Source of the DNA: an uncultured Bacilli bacterium
GTDB taxonomy: Bacteria; Bacillota_I; Bacilli_A; RF39; UBA660
Length of the DNA stretch: 64,000 nt
Assembly: GCA_910584305.1 (NCBI GenBank)
Contig: CAJTZW010000005.1
Coordinates: 37,684 to 101,683 of the forward strand
Direction: 5' to 3'
Notes under the pieces: model-generated
What the model saw: only the letters and a program-made list of their open reading frames with translations
The model's database searches: none
What the model was told of the DNA's origin: nothing
Position numbers and translations under genes: made by a program
In this document: in pieces, positions 41,584-52,607 of the stretch
How positions within the stretch are numbered: the stretch's first letter is position 1
How the letters are laid out: each line of letters starts with the position of its first letter

Positions 41584-44370
41584 TTATTCTTTGTTCTTTG
41601 TATAAACTAAATTCAAATAATCAAAAACATTAATTGTTGCATCTAAACTATAAGAATTCTCCAGTTTAAATATACTTTTAATTTCATTCGATAAAATATT
41701 TCTAACGTACACAAGTGATGAAAAATTTGTACATAAAAAGTCATTAGATAAATCTATGTTGTCTCCTAATAAATCAATCATATCTATTATGTAATCCTTA
41801 ACTCCTTCATATATTTCATCTAAACTCTCTAATAATTTGTTATCAAGAATCTCATTTTTATATACAGGGTTATCTTTGGAATCAAACCTTACCAATTGAT
41901 TATAGGGCGCTGTTAAGAATGCCTCTAGAATCATAGAGAATAAAAATACATTCTTCTCTGTTGGCTCCTTTTTGCTATCAAAACAGCAATAACAATCTCC
42001 ACCAAGTTTCTTCGGCTTTATATTATCTGTTAGTGTGAAGTAATATCCATCCATTTTCATTTTGTTTAATTTCATTAAATAATATTGAATTGTCCCAGAA
42101 TATCCTAAATCTACAACAGCAATTTTTGATTTATTATCAAATATTTTACTACAATATTTCTTATAAGTTTCACTTTCTTCTTTAAATTGTTTTAAATACT
42201 TATCAAAGTTTTCTTCCAATATTTTATATACTTCTGTTTTATCCTGATCTAACTTTATAAATCTATCTGGAATTTTACTATCCTCAATACCAAAGCGATT
42301 TTTAAATAGATTATTCATATTCCCTTCAAATCCATTTGAAAGGATTTCCTTTGCATCTGATATAGTATCGATACTAGCAACAGATGCTGAACGCCTTGAT
42401 GTTAAAAAGTACGTATTCGGAATTTCTTTTGTTTTACTTTCTCTACAAAAATCTTTATATAATTTCTGTAAATAATATCCTTCTCTTGCAAGAAATAAGA
42501 GATTATCATAATCTTTTTCTTGTGCATTTTTTTGTAAGAATATTAAAAATTTTAAAATAATTGGCGCTAACATCGTATATCCAAAATCATGAAAATTATT
42601 AATGATTGAATCGCTTGTAATCCTTTTGAACGGAGAATTATAAAGTATTTTATTTACTATTAACCCTAATGACACTTTATCAGCAGTTGTTAAGCACATA
42701 TTTCTAGAATTCATATAGTCACTATATGAGGATAACTTATACATTTTATTTGGCTGCATAATATGGTAAAAGGGTTTTCCTAAATCACATAATTGCTGAA
42801 CATCAGCTTGTTCATTGTCCCCTACATGAATACACGTTTTATCTTTTACATAATTATTGAAATAGTAATCCCAAATACTACCATTATCTTTTCGTAATCC
42901 AATCTCACTAGAAACTAATAACGCAGACCAGCCACTGTATCCACACTTGTTTAACATTTTTTCAATGATATCTGAAGTTAGATACATATCACTTATTAAA
43001 ATAATCGTTTTATTTGCGGCTTTCAATTTATTGTATACATCTAACATGTCTAATCTTGGAATTATATATGAAAGCTCAAGTTCTTTTTCTTTTTCTTTAA
43101 TATCATTCGCTATTGAATTATCAATTTTCAATATTCTCTCTAGATTCGAATATATTTCATTTATATCACAATCTCCAACAAAATTTTTTTCAACCCTAAC
43201 GTTATACTCAGCATTTAGTCTATTGTTTTTGAAATCGCATATTTTATATTTTTCATATACATATTTTTCCAATAAATCAAATAAGGCGGATGGAGTGATT
43301 ATACATCTAGTAATTAGAGTATCAAAAATATCAAATGAAATTATATCATAATTCATTAACGTTTCTATGCTATTACTCCTACTTTTTGTTTCATATTGAT
43401 ATAAATTTTTTAACCCTTTATATCTGAAAGCTTTTCCATTGATATCATATACTAGATATGTATATCCGGAAGCTTTAACTGCTTGTGGGATCATTCTTTC
43501 AATCGCATGGGCTAGCGTTCCGTCTGCTTTTCCTTCTTCTTTTCCAAAATCATCAATTGTATAATTGAAGTTCAAAAAATTTTTTATTGACTTAACTTTC
43601 ACCCAAAAAAATGACCCTACTGAATAATCTATGTATTCATCGCTTAACGAAATATTTAATCTTTGTGCAATTGCATCACAATTTGCTTTATTTTTCAACC
43701 ATGTATGGGCCCAATATGGCATATCGAAATATGTTTCTGGATAAATCAATCCAATTTGGTCATTTGTTTCGAATTGATAAAACATTTTCTTTATTATGTC
43801 ACTGCATCCTAAAACTCCATCTAGCATGTGATTTCTCCAACCATCTTGCTCTTTCCCAGTACGAATGCTTTTCTTCGTATGCATATGAAGTAAATAATCA
43901 TACTCAAGAATTTCCTTTTTAAAAAGGATAAACATTGGGGAAAAATCCCTTCCTATATTTTTTGCTTTTTTGACAATAACTTTATTTACCTTTTTAATCT
44001 GCTCAAAATCTTTTTTTATCTTAGATATATCTTCTTTCTCTTGAACAGAAAGAAATAAATCAAATTTATAAGGAATATTATTTAAATATTCAATAAATTC
44101 TTTACTTAAATCTGTATAAAACAAATGAAGGTGCACAGCAATTCTCTTATCGATATTTTCTAACAATTGTATATCACTTATTTTCATAGCTGGAGAGGTT
44201 GTATTTGTTGCTTCCATTGTAATCTGGTTATTAAACTCTGATATTTTTCGAATGGTTTTAAATCTATTACTTAATCTATTCTTCAATCGTTGTTTTGTTT
44301 CCATCTTTATGGGCAATAATCTATATGTTTTTTTCAATGCTCTTATACTATAGCTTTTTAATTTGTTCAT
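41584..44370 (-). CDS. large fusion protein: rhamnan-synthesis RgpF-like glycosyltransferase domain + HAD-like domain + C-terminal extension
   Basis: 928 aa. IAVHLHLFYTDL...LLHMHTKKS (RgpF-like), then DIISFDIFDTLITR (HAD motif I) and ISDMY...VGDN motifs. Confidence 0.65.
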   Translation of the reverse strand: MNKLKSYSIRALKKTYRLLPIKMETKQRLKNRLSNRFKTIRKISEFNNQITMEATNTTSPAMKISDIQLLENIDKRIAVHLHLFYTDLSKEFIEYLNNIPYKFDLFLSVQEKEDISKIKKDFEQIKKVNKVIVKKAKNIGRDFSPMFILFKKEILEYDYLLHMHTKKSIRTGKEQDGWRNHMLDGVLGCSDIIKKMFYQFETNDQIGLIYPETYFDMPYWAHTWLKNKANCDAIAQRLNISLSDEYIDYSVGSFFWVKVKSIKNFLNFNYTIDDFGKEEGKADGTLAHAIERMIPQAVKASGYTYLVYDINGKAFRYKGLKNLYQYETKSRSNSIETLMNYDIISFDIFDTLITRCIITPSALFDLLEKYVYEKYKICDFKNNRLNAEYNVRVEKNFVGDCDINEIYSNLERILKIDNSIANDIKEKEKELELSYIIPRLDMLDVYNKLKAANKTIILISDMYLTSDIIEKMLNKCGYSGWSALLVSSEIGLRKDNGSIWDYYFNNYVKDKTCIHVGDNEQADVQQLCDLGKPFYHIMQPNKMYKLSSYSDYMNSRNMCLTTADKVSLGLIVNKILYNSPFKRITSDSIINNFHDFGYTMLAPIILKFLIFLQKNAQEKDYDNLLFLAREGYYLQKLYKDFCRESKTKEIPNTYFLTSRRSASVASIDTISDAKEILSNGFEGNMNNLFKNRFGIEDSKIPDRFIKLDQDKTEVYKILEENFDKYLKQFKEESETYKKYCSKIFDNKSKIAVVDLGYSGTIQYYLMKLNKMKMDGYYFTLTDNIKPKKLGGDCYCCFDSKKEPTEKNVFLFSMILEAFLTAPYNQLVRFDSKDNPVYKNEILDNKLLESLDEIYEGVKDYIIDMIDLLGDNIDLSNDFLCTNFSSLVYVRNILSNEIKSIFKLENSYSLDATINVFDYLNLVYTKNKE

Positions 44371-44373
44371 AAA

Positions 44374-46434
44374 TTATCTCCTAAAAATCTTATATCTAAC
44401 TTTCACGATATTTCTTTTAATTTTTATTAACTTTCTAACAAAATTACCATGTGGACTAACATATAGCGCTGGTATATCGTTTGAAGTCATACCTTTTAAT
44501 TCTTCACTTGCAGTTACCATTTTTTTCTTATAAGAAAGCGAAATAGAAGCCCCACTATCATAGTTTTCCTCAAACATATCCATAACTGCATCTACAAATT
44601 GTTCAAACCCTGCCGATAAGTCTTTGTCTTTCATAAAATTAAGACCTGCATTTGACATTTTCTTTTGTAACTCTTCATCCTTTAATATACTTAAAATTGC
44701 AGTCGCCATGGCTTCAGGTGTGCTTTCTGCTAATAAAACGGCATCATTTGGCATATCATATAAATTATTCTCTCTATATAATTCTACTACTGGTAATCCA
44801 GCCGCCATCATTTCAAATGGAATTCTAGATGGGTTTGAAGAGCTAAGACACAAGCCTACCTTGCATCTATTATAAATTTCATTACATTTTTCAATTGGAA
44901 TAATATGTAAATTTTCAGCTTCAAAGTCAACTTTCTTATCTACACTAGATCCATACAAATAAATTTTAACTTCTGGCATTATTGTTTTAACAATTTTTAA
45001 CGCCTGTATTCCTAAGTCAGTACATCTACGCCATTTTTCTGGTTGGTACACAAAACAAATTGCATTTTCTTTTTCTATATTGTCTAACTTCTTATATGTT
45101 TTTAAATCTGCACAGAAATCGAAATACTTTGCTGACTGATTAAATTCCTTTGACATCTTCTGGCATAACCATTTTCCAATTGTAATGAAATAAAATCCAT
45201 ATTTATAAGAATTCTCAGCAACGATATAACTATTACCCATAGGTTCAAACCAAGGTTCATAATCTTGGATAAAATATCCCTTTTTAGGGGCATCCAAACA
45301 CCTAACTGCGTCTGCGGTAGTCCATGCGGTCGCAAATATTAAGTCATATTCTTTTCTCATTCTAATTCCAACATAAACATCTGCCAAACACTTACCATAA
45401 AATTTTTCAATCATATTTTTCATGCCTTTATCTGTTGATATATAATCTTCTCCAACATAAATATCAACAATATGCCCATAATTTATAAGCCTATTTACAT
45501 TTTGTACAACAGTTCTATGTCCTCCTGATCCTTTGACTGGATATGGAAAAATTACAGCAATATTCTTTCTTTTAAAATTTTTCAAAGTTTGCTTTCTTTG
45601 CTCACTAATCTCATCAAATAGAAAGTTTTTCCTTATATTTTGTTTATAGATAATTTCCCTAGTTGGTTGATACCAACTGTTTATCATTCCCTGAATCTTG
45701 GTAATTTCATCAAATTCAATATCTCTTTTAACAACTGTAGAGGCTGACATTTCATGCTTTCTTTGACAATTTAATGATTCATGAAAATATGCGACTTTTC
45801 CATTTTTTAAAACATTAGCATATATATACCAATCTCCTGCAACTTTATACTCTTTTGCAACTGTAAATATATCCTTGTAATCTCCCTTTTTCCATAACAC
45901 TGATGAAACATTTAAAATAACATTTAAAACACTTAATTGTGTCCTTATAAAAGTTTCACCATCCATAACAAAATCGCTATCATATAATCCTGTACGGAAA
46001 ATATCTGAAAAATCTTTACTATTATCAGCAATTACTCGACCCTTTTCGTTAATTCTTTCAGTTTCACAATATGACAATATAGTTTTTTCATCATTAAAAC
46101 CTTTTATTACAGTCTCTAAAAAATTAGGTTTAGCTAGGTCATCCGCTTCCGCAATCCAAAAGTAGTCTCCTTTGGCTTTTTCTACACCTGTAAGCCATTG
46201 TGAAAAAACACCTTTATTTTCTTTATTCTTTATCACTTTAAATTTCATTTCTGGATGATTTTGTACAAATCTTTCAATTATTTCTACACTATTATCTTTA
46301 GAATTATCATCCAATATAATTATCTCATAGATTGGATACGTTTGATTCAAAACAGATGATAACCTTTTTTCTAAATAATCTGCATAATTATAGTTTGGAA
46401 TAATAACGCTTATTTTCTTTTGCTTTTCTTTCAT
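44374..46434 (-). CDS. bifunctional glycosyltransferase (N-terminal GT2 + C-terminal GT1/WsaF-like)
   Basis: 686 aa. ISVIIPNYNYADYLEKRLSSVLNQTYPIYEIIILDDNSKDNS...AEADD. The C-terminal half has ...PSRIPFEMMAAGLPVVE. Confidence 0.75.
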   Translation of the reverse strand: MKEKQKKISVIIPNYNYADYLEKRLSSVLNQTYPIYEIIILDDNSKDNSVEIIERFVQNHPEMKFKVIKNKENKGVFSQWLTGVEKAKGDYFWIAEADDLAKPNFLETVIKGFNDEKTILSYCETERINEKGRVIADNSKDFSDIFRTGLYDSDFVMDGETFIRTQLSVLNVILNVSSVLWKKGDYKDIFTVAKEYKVAGDWYIYANVLKNGKVAYFHESLNCQRKHEMSASTVVKRDIEFDEITKIQGMINSWYQPTREIIYKQNIRKNFLFDEISEQRKQTLKNFKRKNIAVIFPYPVKGSGGHRTVVQNVNRLINYGHIVDIYVGEDYISTDKGMKNMIEKFYGKCLADVYVGIRMRKEYDLIFATAWTTADAVRCLDAPKKGYFIQDYEPWFEPMGNSYIVAENSYKYGFYFITIGKWLCQKMSKEFNQSAKYFDFCADLKTYKKLDNIEKENAICFVYQPEKWRRCTDLGIQALKIVKTIMPEVKIYLYGSSVDKKVDFEAENLHIIPIEKCNEIYNRCKVGLCLSSSNPSRIPFEMMAAGLPVVELYRENNLYDMPNDAVLLAESTPEAMATAILSILKDEELQKKMSNAGLNFMKDKDLSAGFEQFVDAVMDMFEENYDSGASISLSYKKKMVTASEELKGMTSNDIPALYVSPHGNFVRKLIKIKRNIVKVRYKIFRR

Positions 46435-46699
46435 ATGTTTCCTCCCTTATTTCCAAAGAATTTATGTCCAATTTGTGTACGGCAATGAATACTCTCCTCA
46501 TGATTATATAAACAATAAGGATACAATAGATTCTATAATGACTGTTAAAAAAGTATTAAATCATTAAAAATAATTATTATATTATTACTTTTAATTCATA
46601 TCTTTCTAACTATTTTCATTTACCAATTACATTTTACTATATTTTTTATTGTTTTTCAATCATCGTCCAAAAGAACATCATAAAGAGTGATGAAAATTA

Positions 46700-46732
46700 T
46701 TTAAAAATAAATCTCTACCTATGGTAGAGATT
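46700..46732 (-). terminator. rho-independent terminator after the acyltransferase gene
   Basis: 10-bp stem aatctctacc/ggtagagatt with loop tat. On the minus strand it is followed by TTATTTTTAAAT. Confidence 0.55.
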
Positions 46733-46879
46733 AATCCTATAAATGATTTCTCATATTTAGGAAGCTTTATTGTAACAAATATTGGTATTATCTAAATTCC
46801 TGCATAACACTTTCTATATATGTATTATATTAAATATATTGTACATATTTTTATATTCTATTCATACATGAATTCAACT

Positions 46880-47956
46880 TTATACAGAACCTTTATTATA
46901 TCTATTCCCATACCATGTTTTTACTATTATTTTAATTTTTTCTATACAATAGAGGAATAGTAATGGTCCTATGATACCAACTATGGTATATATAGGCCAA
47001 AACTGTGAATATGATACAGTAAATCTTGGTAATACATCATAGTTTTTAGTAAATAAATGAATTACAATAAAATCTAACAATTTATAGCAAACTATATGTA
47101 GCCCCATAATTGGTAGTGTCCTTATTCCAATGTATACTAAAATATTGGTAATTTTTTTGAAATGCTGGTTCACTACGAACCCTATCACATACGTAACGTA
47201 AAGCATTCCAATCGACAATGGATAAAATAGATAAGAATGCCATAAATTATTTTGTGATAAGTCCACTCTACCAGGGATAAATTTAATTGTGAGTAAAGTA
47301 ATTACAACAATAAGCAATGCAAGTAGTTTATTAATTTTTATCGCTTCTAACCCATGCTTTCTAACCAATTGCCCAATATATATAAAAGGCAATACTACTA
47401 AACTAGTCTGGTAATGGAGGCCTAACGAAAGATTATTACGATTTAAATAAATTCCTAGTAATGTACACAATACAATGATTATAGCTCTTTCTATTTCTTT
47501 ATTCTTATCAACACTTCTAGTAATATAATAAATAAAATTAAAGATAATAAGGCTCGCTAGTAATACTGGAATAAACCACAATGCCGCTGCGAAAGCTTCT
47601 GTGGATGTAAATAAAAAAGAATCTAAAAATTTTATAGTAATATCATTCAGATTGTATACTGTAGTAGATTGCAATAAATCCATGTAATAAAATACATTAT
47701 GCAGAATTACTAAAATTCCGTTATAGATAACATAAGCCTTTAAATAATTTTTCATTCTTAATCCAATGTATTCCCAAGGAGCATCACAACATACTTCTTT
47801 ATATAAGTATCCAGATATCAAAAAGAAGAGAGGCAAATGAAAAATATACACAAATCTACTTAAGAATACATTATCGGTACAATGGCCTAAAACAACCAAC
47901 ACAATTCCAATGGCTCTTAATATATCTATTACTTGATTTCTATTTTTCACTTCCAT
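46880..47956 (-). CDS. acyltransferase family 3 membrane protein (glycan O-acyltransferase)
   Basis: 358 aa, about 10 TM. N-terminal RNQVIDILRAIGIVLVVLGH. Confidence 0.8.
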   Translation of the reverse strand: MEVKNRNQVIDILRAIGIVLVVLGHCTDNVFLSRFVYIFHLPLFFLISGYLYKEVCCDAPWEYIGLRMKNYLKAYVIYNGILVILHNVFYYMDLLQSTTVYNLNDITIKFLDSFLFTSTEAFAAALWFIPVLLASLIIFNFIYYITRSVDKNKEIERAIIIVLCTLLGIYLNRNNLSLGLHYQTSLVVLPFIYIGQLVRKHGLEAIKINKLLALLIVVITLLTIKFIPGRVDLSQNNLWHSYLFYPLSIGMLYVTYVIGFVVNQHFKKITNILVYIGIRTLPIMGLHIVCYKLLDFIVIHLFTKNYDVLPRFTVSYSQFWPIYTIVGIIGPLLFLYCIEKIKIIVKTWYGNRYNKGSV

Positions 47957-48726
47957 TACCTCATATACTTCCTTAATTCATTAGAAATCAATTCATATCC
48001 CTTATCATTTAAATGTAAGCCATCTTTTACATATTGCTCGCTAATTTCTTCTCCATCACTCTCTTTTAAAATAGGATACATATCTATATATATCATATCA
48101 TGTTCATGGCAATATTCCTCTAATAATTTATTAATTTCCTTTCGCTTATCATTTCTATCATTTTCCGCCCAAGTTCCACGGCAAGGGTAAAGTGATTCAA
48201 CATATATTGTTGTATCTGGCAATTCTTCTCTAATATTTTCTATTATCTCTATAATATCTTCATATATATCATCTGTCCCTCGATCAAAATTTATATCATT
48301 AGTACTAATCTGTAGAAAAATATCCGTTGGGTGATATCTATATACCCTTTCATACATCTGTTCTAAAATATCTGTCGTCTTATCCCCACCATGTCCACTG
48401 TTAATTACACGATAGTCTGGGAAATATTTAAATATATCATATTGTTCTGTTAATGAATCACCTAAAAATAAATAAACTGGTTCATACTTGTTTAAGTTCT
48501 CTTGGTATGTTGATATTTGTTCATTATAGTTTGAAATTTTTTCCCTATAATTTATATTTGTACGTAAAAGAACAAATATAGCAATGATTAAGACAACCAC
48601 TATAACAATAGCGCAAACCATAAATACTTTTTTGAATTTTTCTAACTCTTTTATTTGTTTCTGTAATGATTCTATTTTTTTCTTTAATTTTTGAACTGAA
48701 TCTTCTTTTGACACTTTCTTTTTCAT
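47956..48726 (-). CDS. membrane-anchored SGNH/GDSL hydrolase-fold protein (partner of the acyltransferase)
   Basis: 256 aa. N-terminal TM. Block I FLGDSLTE, block II SGHGGD, block V DGLHLN. 1-nt overlap with the acyltransferase gene. Confidence 0.8.
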   Translation of the reverse strand: MKKKVSKEDSVQKLKKKIESLQKQIKELEKFKKVFMVCAIVIVVVLIIAIFVLLRTNINYREKISNYNEQISTYQENLNKYEPVYLFLGDSLTEQYDIFKYFPDYRVINSGHGGDKTTDILEQMYERVYRYHPTDIFLQISTNDINFDRGTDDIYEDIIEIIENIREELPDTTIYVESLYPCRGTWAENDRNDKRKEINKLLEEYCHEHDMIYIDMYPILKESDGEEISEQYVKDGLHLNDKGYELISNELRKYMR

Positions 48727-49233
48727 AATACTACGTCACCTAGTAACCATTGTATCATATTTTTTACTACTTATATCAAAAAAATTGTTATAGGATAGAA
48801 ATTTGACATCATTTTAAAATATTACCAATTATTTAAAAACATATAGCAATCACTTATAAAATTCTTGAAAGACATTATCCAAATCAAATATGGTATATCT
48901 TTTCTCATAGAGCCAATTTCTTTTAAATATGTGCTTTCTTGATACAGTGATGGGATATCTTTGATACATTGGTATGATGTTTTTGATTTTTCTGTATTTT
49001 GATATTCTATTTGTTTATCATATAAGTAGTGATTATAAACAAATCAATTACATCCAAATATTTATGGATAATCTCCTGTTGTCCTTTATTTGGATACAAT
49101 CCTTTATGAATTCATATTCCACCACCTGGCTATGTTTATTATGTCAAGAATGAATGTTTATGCCAATAGTTTTTCAAAAATTTACCAAGAGAATCTCTAG
49201 TATATAAAAAAATGAAGTAAACAACTCCATCTT

Positions 49234-50088
49234 CTAAATTTTTTTATTATCTTTCATAATATCATATAATAAATTCAGGGATTTTAAAATTTCTTGATTT
49301 CTAAAAATTTCTCTTTTACACCTATCATTATTATATGAGAAATTAAGACTAGAACCCTCCTTATGAAAACATTCTATATTGGGATCATAATATGAAACTA
49401 AATTATCTTTCATAACTCTATAATACAAGAATTCTTCTTCATGATACAAAAATGTTTCATTATAAAATACGTTTGAATATTTTTGATAATATTTTTTTGA
49501 AAATATTATAGCACATCCATGAAGCGGTACATTCTTCATGGGCTGACTCCCATTCTTCAGGTGAATATCTTTCTTAAACAAATATTTTATTGTATGGTAA
49601 ATATTAAATAAATTTCTCTTAATAGGGTTTGTTAACATTTTTATATTTCGTATGGTTTTCTTTCTTGCCATATCAACTTGTTCTATTGTAGTATAGGCAT
49701 TAAATGGATTAACGGAGTCCCCATCATTCGTATTAATTTTTGGGCCTAACATATCAAACTTATTCTTTTGATAACACTTGGTTATCTTTTCCTCAAATTC
49801 AGAATCAGTCACAATAATATCATTATTAATTACTACTAAAAAATCTGGTTTGTACTTTTCTATTGCATATTGACAACCAATATTGTTTGCTTTAGCAAAA
49901 CCCTTATTTTCTTCTAATTCAATAATATCATTTGTGTAAATCATCAATTGCTTCTTTTCTTTTGTTTGTAAAGTGGCATTATCGACCACTACTATTTTTG
50001 CATCATACTTTTCTTGAATCGATTGTAAACATTCTAAAGTATCATCAATATTTTTATAGTGTAAAACGACATAAACAAACTTTGCCAT
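49234..50088 (-). CDS. GT2-family glycosyltransferase
   Basis: Start taken at ATG 50088 (MAKFVYVVLHYKN...) behind a GAGGAAG RBS. VVDNAT...ENKGFAKANN pattern. Confidence 0.75.
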   Translation of the reverse strand: MAKFVYVVLHYKNIDDTLECLQSIQEKYDAKIVVVDNATLQTKEKKQLMIYTNDIIELEENKGFAKANNIGCQYAIEKYKPDFLVVINNDIIVTDSEFEEKITKCYQKNKFDMLGPKINTNDGDSVNPFNAYTTIEQVDMARKKTIRNIKMLTNPIKRNLFNIYHTIKYLFKKDIHLKNGSQPMKNVPLHGCAIIFSKKYYQKYSNVFYNETFLYHEEEFLYYRVMKDNLVSYYDPNIECFHKEGSSLNFSYNNDRCKREIFRNQEILKSLNLLYDIMKDNKKI

Positions 50089-50089
50089 A

Positions 50090-50860
50090 CTATACTTCCT
50101 CTGCAAAACCTTTCTCTAATTTTTTGAAAACTTTATATCCAATAAATAAAAGGAGAAGGCTTCCCAGTAATACAACTAGTAAAGATTTAACATGTGGCAT
50201 AGATTGGTAGAATAAAATATCTCGATAACAAGTAATAATAATAGCCATTGGATTTGCGTGAATAAGCCATTCTACACTTGTCCCAATAAACATGTCTGAT
50301 TTATATAAAATTGGTGTTGCGTAAAATAGCATGTTGATAATAAAGTTAATAATATATTCGGCATCTCTAATATATACATTAATTCCACTAGTTATCAAAA
50401 TAATTCCTAATGAAAGTATTGTTTGTACCATAATAATGAGTGGGAGCCATAGAATTTGTACACTGATACCTATACCACTACACAGTAAAAAGATAAACAT
50501 AATAATACATGAAATAAGGAAATTTACGAGTCCACTGCATGCTACAGAGATAGGCAAAATCTCACGTGGAAAATATACTTTTTTTATAATTCCAGCGTTG
50601 GCAAGAACACAAAAAGTACCTTGACTAATTACTGTTGTAAAAAAGGTCCAAGGTAAAATTCCAATGACAATAAATGTTACATAGTGATCCCCTGTATCTT
50701 TTAAGATATAAGGAAATACAATCGCGTATACTAAAGTCATTAATAAGGGGTTAACAAAAGACCATAACACTCCCAAAAAGGATCCCTTATATTTACCTCG
50801 AATTTCTTTTTTTACATTACTCTTTAGTAACTGCCTATAATTATATAAATTCTTAAACAT
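50090..50860 (-). CDS. ABC-2 type polysaccharide/teichoic-acid export permease (TagG/Wzm-like)
   Basis: 256 aa, 6 TM. ...EIRGKYKGSFLGVLWSFVNPLLM... is typical of ABC-2 permeases. Confidence 0.85.
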   Translation of the reverse strand: MFKNLYNYRQLLKSNVKKEIRGKYKGSFLGVLWSFVNPLLMTLVYAIVFPYILKDTGDHYVTFIVIGILPWTFFTTVISQGTFCVLANAGIIKKVYFPREILPISVACSGLVNFLISCIIMFIFLLCSGIGISVQILWLPLIIMVQTILSLGIILITSGINVYIRDAEYIINFIINMLFYATPILYKSDMFIGTSVEWLIHANPMAIIITCYRDILFYQSMPHVKSLLVVLLGSLLLLFIGYKVFKKLEKGFAEEV

Positions 50861-50867
50861 AATTCAC

Positions 50868-51608
50868 CTACCCACAAATTTTTAAATATTCATCAATTAC
50901 CTGATCAATTGATCCATCCATTCGTACCTTACCATTATAAATCCAAATACCTCGAGCACACAATTGTTTTACTGCATCTAAACTATGGCTTACAATTACA
51001 ATTGTCTTGTCGCTATTTTTCAGTTGCTCTAGTTTTTCAAAACATTTATCTTGGAAATGCTGATCACCAACTGCTAAAATTTCATCGATGAGTAGTATTT
51101 CTGCATCTACATTTATAGCTACAGAAAATGCCAGTCTCATATACATCCCAGATGAATACGTTCTAACAGGGCTATCAATAAATTCTCCTAATTCCGAAAA
51201 TTCTATAATATCTTGTACACGTGCATCAATTTCTGCAGCAGTAAGTCCAAAGATAGAAGCATTGAAGTATATATTCTCTCTTCCAGTAAAATCCGGATGA
51301 AATCCTGCCCCCAATTCGAGTAAGGAGGTAAGCTTACCATTTGTTATAATTTTTCCTTCTGTTGGGTATATAATTTTTGTCATAAGTTTTAAGAGCGTAC
51401 TCTTCCCACTTCCATTGGTTCCAATTAGGGCTACTGTTTCTCCTTTTCCTATCTCTAAATTGATATCCTCTAATACAATTCTACTTTCTGACTTTTTCTT
51501 ATTCCAAAATACTAATTTCTCTTTTAAGGTTGTAGCCTTATCATAGTATAATTTAAATGATTTTGTCATATGTTCCACCTTTATGGCTACATCATCTTTT
51601 TGTTTCAT
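50868..51608 (-). CDS. ABC exporter ATP-binding protein (TagH/Wzt-like, no C-terminal carbohydrate-binding extension)
   Basis: 246 aa. Walker A GTNGSGKST. Signature YSSGMYMRL. Walker B ILLIDE. Confidence 0.9.
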   Translation of the reverse strand: MKQKDDVAIKVEHMTKSFKLYYDKATTLKEKLVFWNKKKSESRIVLEDINLEIGKGETVALIGTNGSGKSTLLKLMTKIIYPTEGKIITNGKLTSLLELGAGFHPDFTGRENIYFNASIFGLTAAEIDARVQDIIEFSELGEFIDSPVRTYSSGMYMRLAFSVAINVDAEILLIDEILAVGDQHFQDKCFEKLEQLKNSDKTIVIVSHSLDAVKQLCARGIWIYNGKVRMDGSIDQVIDEYLKICG

Positions 51609-51743
51609 ACATTTCCTCCATCATATAACTCTGTATGTTATTGTATCATATAATTGAATAAATTACCATAAACTAGCAAATAAAACAAAAAGATACAATT
51701 TTTAATGTACCTTTTTTAAAATACGTGCGTTTTGTAAACTGAT

Positions 51744-52607
51744 TCAACTTATTATTTTCTTTACCATAGATGTAACATACAAAATGCAAAGGGATAACTT
51801 ATTTGTTATATGAAGTAATCCTATTTGCAATACATTCGCATGGTTATATTCTTTTTGAAAATAAAGTTGACTTTCTTTTAATATCTTAAACTTCTTGATA
51901 CTGTGGATATTTTTGTCAATAATAACAGCATGATTATGAAAAACAGATACATCCGATTGCAACATTACTTTATAGTTTTTCTTCTTTAATTTTTTCGCAA
52001 TGATATTTTCTTCATAGTATAGGAAAGTATTTTCATCAAAGAAACCAACTTCTTCTAATGTTTTGGAATTCATACAAAAGAAGCACCCAGATACTGCATC
52101 AACCTCTACAGTTCCATTATAATAATTTTCATCGTAAAATAATAATCGAGGTCTTAATATTCTATGAATATAAAGAATATTTAATACAGCATCTTGAAGT
52201 GGTGTTGGGATTTTCCATCCACGGTTGAGCCCCTCATGTTCTTTAATCACTGGAGCAACAATCCCATAAGAAGAATTGGATTCTAATAATCGAACTAACG
52301 CTTGGATATCTTCGTCTTTATCAATCACAATATCTGCATTGCTAAAAATAATGTTACACTTCCCATATTTTTTAATTGCATACTTACTCCCTATATTCAT
52401 TCCATATGCATATCCTTTATTTTCATCACTTTGTATGACAGAAACTTTATCATTTTTTAAATTCACTAATTTTTCATAAGAATTATCTGATGAATGATTG
52501 TCTACAATGATAATCTTGTCTAAAATAGAATAGTCTTTAATATTTTGAATCAACTCATATGTAGTTTCATAGTCGTTATAGGTTACAATTACGAATACGT
52601 TTTTCAT
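51744..52607 (-). CDS. GT2-family glycosyltransferase
   Basis: 287 aa. VFVIVTYND...IIVDNHSSDNS...NKGYAYGMN...NADI. Confidence 0.8.
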   Translation of the reverse strand: MKNVFVIVTYNDYETTYELIQNIKDYSILDKIIIVDNHSSDNSYEKLVNLKNDKVSVIQSDENKGYAYGMNIGSKYAIKKYGKCNIIFSNADIVIDKDEDIQALVRLLESNSSYGIVAPVIKEHEGLNRGWKIPTPLQDAVLNILYIHRILRPRLLFYDENYYNGTVEVDAVSGCFFCMNSKTLEEVGFFDENTFLYYEENIIAKKLKKKNYKVMLQSDVSVFHNHAVIIDKNIHSIKKFKILKESQLYFQKEYNHANVLQIGLLHITNKLSLCILYVTSMVKKIIS

